A DNA stretch of 64,000 bases from Giardia intestinalis (taxonomy: Eukaryota), in the NCBI GenBank assembly GCA_000002435.2, contig CM018789.1. The stretch is one strand, 5' to 3'. This document shows, piece after piece, positions 1 to 7,901 of this stretch. A program made the translations under genes and the position numbers. The notes beneath the pieces were generated by a model. The model saw nothing but the letters and a program-made list of their open reading frames with translations. It was not told the DNA's origin and did not search any database. Position 1 is the stretch's first letter. Every line of letters starts with the position of its first letter.

Positions 1-959
1 ATCAGGACGGCCTGGACCTGCGCTGGCGAGTCCATCCGGGTGCAGGCGTTCCGGGGCCCCTAAACAGGCCTTCAGCGAGATTATCAGCGCGACCCATAGA
101 ATGGGACGCGTGCTCTGTACGGTTCCGTCTGGTCCTTCCTCAAGAATGAGACAGGGACAAGCACGATCAGCAGACGATCATGATTTGCTCCACAAGACAG
201 TTCCAAGGAGCTGCGTCGAGGCCTTCCTCCGGCTGCGCCACGCTGCACCCCTGGGCTCGGTCCCTCAGGGCCCTGAGCATGCTTCTGTGCTGCGGGGGAT
301 AGAACCTGCTCATCGGGAGCTGAAGGAGATACCTCGCTCATTGCCCATGCTGACGGCACACTCGTCTTCCATAGTGACGACAGTGACGTGGCGGGGGTAG
401 TCACAGAGGCGACAGGCCTGGTGAAGCAACATGGCTCGACGGTCAACACTGGGTGTAGGAGCACTGAGGGGCAGGAGGCCTCCTTCCTGGCTGGTCTCAA
501 GGAGCCCCCAGGGCAACGGAGAGCCGAAGCTAGTGATGGCACTAATCACTCGCCACGCTGGTCGAGATGGATTCATCATGCGACCCATATGAATCCCTCG
601 ACAAGAAATAGGAGTTGGGGTGTTGGCTGACAGAGGCGGACTGATCCTGCCCGCACCGGAGAGTGGTGGTCTGGGCCACCTGCCGGGCATCTGCCGCAGC
701 AGCTGAGTGATCCCTTGACACCCTCGAGTAGATGGGTGCCGGTTGTAGAGAGACGGCCTAACGGTGAACCGGTCTTAATCGCTCTTGGTGCCTCAGACGA
801 CGCCTCTTAGAGAGGTGGCCCTGGACCGACGCCTCGACAGATCGACGCATCATCCCCAAGTGTGCTGTGCAGTGCGAGGATGGATGGAGCCCACATGTCA
901 GCTGAGCCAGACGCACTGCACAGGGTGAGCGTCGATGTGATCTTATGCTGGGTGACGGA
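1..959. repeat. GC-rich direct repeat, copy A (cut by window start); apparently identical to 5798-6756
   Basis: Six-frame ORFs at 84-542(-), 310-690(-), 101-400(+) and 388-630(+) give identical peptides to ORFs at 5881-6339, 6107-6487, 5898-6197(part) and 6185-6427. Constant offset of 5797 bp. Spot-checked nucleotide strings are identical. Identity ends at 959/6756 (...ggtgacgga | g vs c). Confidence 0.9.
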
Positions 960-1650
960 GCACCTCTGCGATCCATGAGCAGAGGGGTGGGCCGAGCAGG
1001 AAGGCAGACCAGGCCGGGTATCTCCTTCGCACCAACTGAGGGCTAACATAGGGGACCCATGAGGAACTGGGATTGACGCCCTGAAGCTCATGACGCACGC
1101 GATCTTCGTCATAGAGCACCAGCACCACAAGGCGGCCCTGGACTGCACGGCCGGGATCACTACGCCCAGGCCAGATCACCGCAACTGATAGCCGGGCCAT
1201 GAGGGCGGTGTTCACTAGGCGCCGGGCAGCAGCCGATCCCGCGGAGGTTGAGTGAAGGAAGGGAGAAGTCCCTAGAAGGCGCTGCGAAGCACAGCAGCTC
1301 TCAAGGGAGAGGTGACATAGAACTTCCTCTTCCCCTCCAAAATAGGACGACATTCGAATCTCGATTTCTGGACTCTGGATTCTGGATTTGGAGTGGTGAG
1401 CGAGCTCTGGATCCACTACCCACTTGGCGGGGCTCGTACGGGTGCACGAGCTACTCGGGCAGCGGTTGCCTCGGCGAGACAGAGAGTAAACCCCCCTGTC
1501 GACACAGGAGACACCAGCATGGCAGGCATGAGCTGGCGCCCTCGCGGTGCTGCATGGAGGGGTTGAGAGGAGTGCCGCAAGTCCTCTGTGCCATGGGAAG
1601 GTAAGGATAGGAGTGAACGCACTGCACTCATGTGTGCCTCTAGGAAGTGT
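960..1650. other. GC-rich, apparently non-coding block downstream of repeat copy A; diverged homolog of 6757-7300
   Basis: Visibly GC-rich. Only overlapping Arg/Pro/Gly-rich ORFs in all frames. Patchy similarity to 6757-7300 (e.g. tcttcgtcatagagcaccag vs tcttcgtcatggaacaccag; ccagatcaccgcaactga vs ccagatcgccgcgactga; ctctggatttgga in both). Confidence 0.6.
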
Positions 1651-2404
1651 GCCTATGTAAAGGCCCGCCAAGAACAGAAGGAGCAAGGAAAACCCTAATC
1701 CGTGTGCATGTGGCGGTCCAGACTGTTCTCTGATATACGCGTAGAGCATCTCCATAGGATATATATTATGATAACTTATTGTATGAACAGGCTGCATTGC
1801 ACTAGGTCTCTATGTGCGCAGGTGCCTTCACTGCATCCCACAGTAACCATTCACTCGCCTATAACGGCCTTTCTAGGCGCAGTGCTCTGTGCTACTCCCT
1901 ATCCAAGCATCTGTAGCTTTTTACCACGTAGTGTGAACAAAGCTGTCTAACACTGGCCAGGGGATGCTATATTGCTTCTGCATGAAGCTTACCTAGCACA
2001 GAACTTGCAAGACGTACGACCGCCCTTTAATGCTCTAGTGCTATATGGCTCTGACTTTTTCAAAGTGGCATCTACACCTTTATCCAGTGAGGTCTTTGCA
2101 TTAGACAGGCAGATCAACGGCTTTTTGGCTGCAGCCTCTTTCTGAAGGAGTCAGTGTATGAGGAGGTGCACACTAGTTATTCAAGAATGAAAGCAGTGTC
2201 ATTGCGGTCTCTCCTTAACGACGCCGAGGGCTCTGATGCTGAACAGAAACTCCGGGTATTCATTAATAGTTTTCACATTCCTCACCCTCTCTATAAGGAG
2301 CCCTGCACGCCCTGACTTGGCGTCATGCGCCACCCCATATCAGTGCAGGTCAATACACCAAATAGCGCCACAATAGTTCACTGATGAGGGATATATGAAG
2401 CCCA

Positions 2405-4171
2405 TCACTCGTATTCGGACAGAAGATCTGCGATGGAGGAGCGGCCGCAGCTCACGGCTATCATTCGCGCTGTCATATCCTTGTTGTCCTTCATACCCTT
2501 CTCGTGCTCCAGTAGAAGCTTCACTATATCTGCGTGTCCATGCATAGCAGAATGCATGAGGGCCGTCCTGCCTTTATTGTCCTTCATGCCCTTCTCATGC
2601 TCCAGCAGCAGCTCCGCTACATCTGTATGGCCACCTATAGCAGCACACATGAGGGCCGTCCTACCCATACTATTTGCCACACCCCCCTCGTGTTTCAGCA
2701 GCAGCTTCACTATATCTGCGTGGCTACCTATAGCAGCATGCATAAGGGCTGTCATGCCATCCTTCTCCTTCATGCCCCTCTCGTGCTCCAGCAGCAGCTT
2801 CACTATATCCGCATGGCCACCTATAGCAGCACACATGAGGGCCGTCCTACCCATACTATTTGCCACACCCTTCTCATGCTCCAGTAGAAGCTCCGCTACA
2901 TCTGTATGGCCATGCATGGCAGCACACATGAGAGCTGTCATGCCATCATTATCCTTCATACCATTTTCCTCCCTGGCAAGGAGCTTCGCGCACTCTGCGT
3001 TGTTACCATATGCTGCATTCATAAGAGCTGTCCACCCTTTATTATTTCGCATGCCGCCTTCCTCCTTCAGTAGGAGCCTAACGCACTCTGGATGGCCATT
3101 GCGCGCCGCCCACATGAGGGCAGTCTGATGACCATTATTCTTTATGCCAGTCTCCTGCTCGAGCAGCTCTACGATCGCTTCGTATCCTCGTGCTGCGGCA
3201 TACATAAGCGCTGTCCATCCACTAGCATCCTGGTTCCCCTTCATATGAAGGTTGTTTCTGACTGCGTCAATATCGCCACGGTAAGCGGCGTATATGAGCT
3301 CCGTCCACCCTGAGATATTTCTCTCATACTCCATCAGAAGCTCAACGCACTTAGGATAGTCCACCGGGGGGTCATTGGAACGAATACCAGAGCGGCCGCA
3401 CTGCGCCGCGAGTATGAGAGCAGGCCAGCCAACTCCTCTCACGCCTCCCTCATGCTTCACTAACAGTTCTACCATTTCTGCGTGTCCATGTGCCGCTGCT
3501 CTCATTAAAGCCGTGCCTTGGCGTACTTCCAGCTCACCTACTTTAACAGCTCCCTTTGCCATCCTTGCTTTTTGGAAGGGAATAAGGAGCTCCACCATCT
3601 CTACGTCATTCCTATCGGTGGCCCTCATAAGCGCAGTAGTTCCATTCCTACTCACCAGGTCGTCATGCTTCATAATGATCCTTGCGACCTCCAGGTTTCC
3701 ATTTTTAAGGGCATGATACAAGGCGTCGTGATTCTGCCTGTCCTTCGCTCTCGCTTCGTACTTCACCAGCACTCTCGCTACCTCTGCGTGACCGTGTTTA
3801 GCAGCCCACATAAGAGCCGTCATGCCACCGTTGTCCTTGCTTCCTGCTTCGTGTTCCGCCAGCACCTTCACCGCTTCTATATGTCCCCTCTCAGCAGCCC
3901 AAATAAGGGCACTTTTACCGTTGTGGTCTTTCTCTCTACACTCGTCAAGGTGCTTCCTGATTTCATCCACGTCATTAAGAGCAGCCGCGCGAATGAGGTT
4001 AGTCCAATTAGATGTTTCCCTTATATGCTCCACGACCATCCTCAGTGCGCCCATATGGCCTCCGGCGTCCTGCAGGAGTTCAGCCCCACCACGAGGGAGA
4101 GGACCCCTCACAACAGGCCCAACACAAGCCTCGATGTTGCTACGCATGTCATCAAACCTGGCCAACGACAT
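2405..4171 (-). CDS. Ankyrin-repeat protein (Giardia 21.1-like); many tandem 33-aa ANK units
   Basis: Repeated G(M/R)TALM(C/H)AA..GH.D.V.LLLEHE.G units across the ORF. Start set at the internal Met MSLARFDD (4171), which is preceded by aattaaaacaaaaaATG. The track ORF extends to 4213. Plus-strand ORFs 2433-3128 and 3518-4183 are antisense artefacts of the repeat structure. Confidence 0.85.
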   Translation of the reverse strand: MSLARFDDMRSNIEACVGPVVRGPLPRGGAELLQDAGGHMGALRMVVEHIRETSNWTNLIRAAALNDVDEIRKHLDECREKDHNGKSALIWAAERGHIEAVKVLAEHEAGSKDNGGMTALMWAAKHGHAEVARVLVKYEARAKDRQNHDALYHALKNGNLEVARIIMKHDDLVSRNGTTALMRATDRNDVEMVELLIPFQKARMAKGAVKVGELEVRQGTALMRAAAHGHAEMVELLVKHEGGVRGVGWPALILAAQCGRSGIRSNDPPVDYPKCVELLMEYERNISGWTELIYAAYRGDIDAVRNNLHMKGNQDASGWTALMYAAARGYEAIVELLEQETGIKNNGHQTALMWAARNGHPECVRLLLKEEGGMRNNKGWTALMNAAYGNNAECAKLLAREENGMKDNDGMTALMCAAMHGHTDVAELLLEHEKGVANSMGRTALMCAAIGGHADIVKLLLEHERGMKEKDGMTALMHAAIGSHADIVKLLLKHEGGVANSMGRTALMCAAIGGHTDVAELLLEHEKGMKDNKGRTALMHSAMHGHADIVKLLLEHEKGMKDNKDMTARMIAVSCGRSSIADLLSEYE

Positions 4172-4739
4172 TTTTTGTTTTAATTGCTGTAAACAAAATG
4201 CGTGTGACGGCAATTATTTTTTGATTTATGCTGTCCTATCTGTAGTTCATCGCAATTACGTGAGGTACTCTCTTGGATAGCTTGTGCATTTTTTATTTTG
4301 TGTAATAATCATCTAATGTATAGTGTTCAGTACACATATGGCTTCAGGCCGTAGCCTCGAGGACACTATGGATTATAGTGCTCTGAGTGACTGGGTATGC
4401 TGCACAAGCGGTGTAAAGCAGAGCAGTTAATAAAGTCTGAAGTTTAAGCAAATCTTCCCTCACAAAATTGCGGTGTACATCTATAATCTACCGCACTCTA
4501 AATCGTAGGTACTCATGGATCCGTATTCATTCAGCAGAATGTCGTGCTGATGTAAAGTACTCACTCGGTATGTGAGTAAGAGCTTTACTCCCAGTCGTGC
4601 CTCCTGTGCTTTGCTGTCATTGTGAGAAGTCTTTGGATCAGCGGTCATATATGCATAGGCCTACCAATATTCGAGAAGAGTCAGATACTTACGTCTTTTC
4701 CTACACAATCTTACATTCCAATTCACTTTCCGTTTCATC

Positions 4740-5797
4740 GAGGCTGGTCTGCTACCTGCCGGCCGAGCAATTCGTACCCCGCGCAAGTCCTCCTCCCCGC
4801 GGCAAGTGAACCCCGCCCGTTCGCCGCCCCAAGCCCAGAGTCCGGGACTCGGGCCAGAATATCGGCTGAGTCCGGGGGAGAAGAGCCCGACGGGCAACAC
4901 CCCGCGGCTGTCCTGGCAGGGAGCCCCTGGTACCATCCGACAGGACGGGCGCATGACGGCAGAGCCCAGTGTCCAGTCCCTGGGAAGCCGCCCGGCCCGA
5001 CGGACCAAGCAATGAGCGCACGGGCTGGCTGAGCGCCGGAGCCCACTCACGGGGGGCCCTCGGGGACCTCCTACGCCATCCACAAGGCGGAGAGCTACTG
5101 CGGCCCCTTCTGCGCCTCCCGCCCGACGCCCTTCGGCTCCCTACGGCGAGCCCGATCGGATATCTCTGCCGCCCAGTAGCATGGCCGAGGCCGCGGGGTT
5201 GAGCGGACGACAGCACCAGAGCGCCCGGCTCGTCCAGGGCACTGCGAAGCGCCGCCCCTCGCAGGGGACACACTCCGACGCCAGGAGAACGAGGGCCGCG
5301 GGTGCAGTGGGCGCCTGATGAGGCGGCGGAAAAGCCGCGCCTCTCGTGCGAGCGCGTGAAGCACTCGTGGACGCGCTTCCGGTGCTTCAGGTCCGGCCCG
5401 GGCCTCAGGAGCCTACTGGAGACGGAGCACCCTACGCTGGAGTGGCACCAGGCGAACGTTGAACTAGTAGGAGCGGAAAAGCACGTGCCCGTCCTGCATG
5501 AAGACCCCCCGCAGCGAGGCCGTCCAGACGCATGCAGCACAGACACCGGATGCAGGGCGTTACTGAGTGGAACAACGGGGATAGAGAAGGACATCCTCTT
5601 CAGCGCCCATTGTGCAAACATCCTCAGGGGAGGGTACCTACCACCCCGCAGAGCCCAGTCGAGGGCCGAGGAGACGTGCCCCCCACACAGCAGGGAAGTG
5701 GAGGGGCGGCATTCACCAGCCCACTGCCTCGCCTCGAGGGGGAGCTGCCCCCTAACGGTGCCACCGGCGACCAGCACCTTGCTATCCAGAGGGCCGG
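4740..5797. other. GC-rich, apparently non-coding block upstream of repeat copy B
   Basis: Roughly two-thirds G+C by eye (not computed). Long overlapping ORFs on both strands (e.g. 4752-5777 -) with Arg/Pro/Gly/Ala-rich low-complexity translations typical of GC-rich non-coding DNA. No universal rRNA motifs found. Confidence 0.55.
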
Positions 5798-6756
5798 ATC
5801 AGGACGGCCTGGACCTGCGCTGGCGAGTCCATCCGGGTGCAGGCGTTCCGGGGCCCCTAAACAGGCCTTCAGCGAGATTATCAGCGCGACCCATAGAATG
5901 GGACGCGTGCTCTGTACGGTTCCGTCTGGTCCTTCCTCAAGAATGAGACAGGGACAAGCACGATCAGCAGACGATCATGATTTGCTCCACAAGACAGTTC
6001 CAAGGAGCTGCGTCGAGGCCTTCCTCCGGCTGCGCCACGCTGCACCCCTGGGCTCGGTCCCTCAGGGCCCTGAGCATGCTTCTGTGCTGCGGGGGATAGA
6101 ACCTGCTCATCGGGAGCTGAAGGAGATACCTCGCTCATTGCCCATGCTGACGGCACACTCGTCTTCCATAGTGACGACAGTGACGTGGCGGGGGTAGTCA
6201 CAGAGGCGACAGGCCTGGTGAAGCAACATGGCTCGACGGTCAACACTGGGTGTAGGAGCACTGAGGGGCAGGAGGCCTCCTTCCTGGCTGGTCTCAAGGA
6301 GCCCCCAGGGCAACGGAGAGCCGAAGCTAGTGATGGCACTAATCACTCGCCACGCTGGTCGAGATGGATTCATCATGCGACCCATATGAATCCCTCGACA
6401 AGAAATAGGAGTTGGGGTGTTGGCTGACAGAGGCGGACTGATCCTGCCCGCACCGGAGAGTGGTGGTCTGGGCCACCTGCCGGGCATCTGCCGCAGCAGC
6501 TGAGTGATCCCTTGACACCCTCGAGTAGATGGGTGCCGGTTGTAGAGAGACGGCCTAACGGTGAACCGGTCTTAATCGCTCTTGGTGCCTCAGACGACGC
6601 CTCTTAGAGAGGTGGCCCTGGACCGACGCCTCGACAGATCGACGCATCATCCCCAAGTGTGCTGTGCAGTGCGAGGATGGATGGAGCCCACATGTCAGCT
6701 GAGCCAGACGCACTGCACAGGGTGAGCGTCGATGTGATCTTATGCTGGGTGACGGA
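5798..6756. repeat. GC-rich direct repeat, copy B (apparently identical to 1-959)
   Basis: See copy A. Position 1 corresponds to 5798. Identity stops at 6756. Confidence 0.9.
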
Positions 6757-7330
6757 CCAGCTGCAAGAGTGCACTGTGATTCATGAATAGGAGGGCAAAC
6801 CAGAAGCCAGACCTCTCCTCCAACGCCAACGCATGGGAGTACTCCGCCGGCATCCACGAATGCGTACTATGATTCCAAGATAGAGGCGCACAGGGAGCGC
6901 ACCCCCGACAGCAGGGTCGATGGTCCACGTCATAGGGAGACGAAGAGGCACCTCGAGGAACGGGGTAGACACCCGGGGTCATAGCGTATCCCATCTTCGT
7001 CATGGAACACCAGGGTCCCGGGCCACGTGGAGACCAGATCGCCGCGACTGACGCAAGGCCCGAGACAACGGGTGCCCACTAGATATCAGACGATGGTTGA
7101 CTCCGACGGGCCAGAGGAAGGGAGGAACCCTAGAGGTAACGTGAGGAGCAACGGCTTCCGGGGGACGGGGCACAGAGTCTTCTCCTGTCGGGATCGAGGG
7201 CATCTGACTCTCGAACTCTGGATTTGGATCCCAGGCGGCGAGTGGGAGGCCTACCCAAGGCGGCGGTGGCTCGCATGGGAGATCACTCAGACAGCAGGTG
7301 ACAGCCCCATCTCAGACTTAGACTAACCAA
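6757..7330. other. GC-rich non-coding block downstream of repeat copy B; ends abruptly at the A/T-rich tract upstream of the Ub-L40e gene
   Basis: Same compositional character as 960-1650 and loosely similar to it. Ends at 7320-7373, ...gactaaccaactattttaaattaaattctgcttttaaag, just before the ATG at 7374. Confidence 0.55.
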
Positions 7331-7373
7331 CTATTTTAAATTAAATTCTGCTTTTAAAGAGAGCCTGCCTGCG

Positions 7374-7757
7374 ATGCAGTTGATAGTTAGATCTCTTGAC
7401 CGCACGGTGGCGCTCACAGCAAGTCCCGCAGACAGCCTGACCAGCATTAGACAGCGCCTGCTTGCCGTGTACTCTGGGCATGTCGTCGATAGCCAGCGCT
7501 TTGTCTTTGCAGGCCGCACTCTGGATGAGGCGAAGACCCTTGGGGATTATTCTATTGGTGAGTCGTCTGTGCTGGACCTTGTTCCCCGTCTTTTCGGAGG
7601 TGTCATGGAGCCCACGCTTATCAACCTAGCCCGCGAGTACAATCAGAACATGATGATCTGCCGCCACTGCTATGCCAGGAACCCGCTCCGCGCAACTAAC
7701 TGCCGCCGCTGCCGCGGAACGAATCTCCGCAAGAAGAAGCTCTCGAAGTATGCATAA
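7374..7757 (+). CDS. RPL40: Ubiquitin-like / 60S ribosomal protein L40e fusion, with a highly divergent ubiquitin moiety
   Basis: The C-terminal 51 aa, VMEPTLINLAREYNQNMMICRHCYARNPLRATNCRRCRGTNLRKKK, match the L40e signature ([50 protein letters not shown]). The N-terminal 76 aa have a ubiquitin fold pattern: MQ..V..L....., FAG+.L....TL.DY, and a C-terminal RLFGG cleavage motif. Confidence 0.85.
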   Translation: MQLIVRSLDRTVALTASPADSLTSIRQRLLAVYSGHVVDSQRFVFAGRTLDEAKTLGDYSIGESSVLDLVPRLFGGVMEPTLINLAREYNQNMMICRHCYARNPLRATNCRRCRGTNLRKKKLSKYA

Positions 7758-7901
7758 GGCGTTACACCTCTTTTGCTTTCTCTTACACTGTGGCCGCTAC
7801 AGTATCCCTCTGGATCTCGCCACGTGTGGTTCTGTGGAGTAAATAATCAGGTGCAGCTTCTAGAGCGTTATCATCTCGATTGCAGAATTTCAAAAAAGAT
7901 T

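Noticed and set aside
1330-1400. tRNA-like T-loop string (cattcgaatc) in the GC-rich block
   Set aside because: Flanking bases cannot form a T-stem or acceptor stem, and the equivalent position in the diverged copy (around 7200) lacks it.
1685-1700. Telomeric repeat (CCCTAA)
   Set aside because: Only a single unit is present with no tandem array, consistent with chance.
2433-4183. Plus-strand ORFs 2433-3128 (231 aa), 2534-2887, 3518-4183 (221 aa) and 3822-4280
   Set aside because: They are antisense to the well-supported ankyrin-repeat gene. They arise from the periodic repeat structure, with translations that are Ser/Cys/Phe-rich and repeat with the same period.
4752-5777. Long ORFs in the GC-rich region (e.g. 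341 aa on the minus strand, 214-221 aa on plus) as protein-coding genes
   Set aside because: ORFs overlap each other in multiple frames on both strands. Their translations are Arg/Pro/Gly/Ala-rich low-complexity strings with no motif. This is the expected artefact of GC-rich DNA lacking stop codons.
1-7330. rRNA genes (an rDNA unit) in the GC-rich blocks, suggested by the ~5.8-kb repeat spacing being close to a diplomonad rDNA unit length
   Set aside because: Universal SSU/LSU/5.8S motifs (GTGCCAGCAGCCGCGGTAA, AAACTTAAAGGAATTGACGG, ACACACCGCCCGTC, AGTACGAGAGGAAC, GGATAACTGGC) were not found on either strand. The interval also contains an ankyrin protein gene and non-GC-rich spacers. A spacer or IGS-derived origin remains possible, but the region is not rRNA-coding.
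1-7330. Non-LTR retrotransposon (GilM/GilT/GilD-like) explaining the ~5.8-kb periodic repeat
   Set aside because: No reverse-transcriptase (FADD/YADD, motif A-E) or endonuclease motifs appear in any frame. The only real gene in the interval is an ankyrin-repeat protein. Only a nucleotide search could fully exclude a degenerate element.
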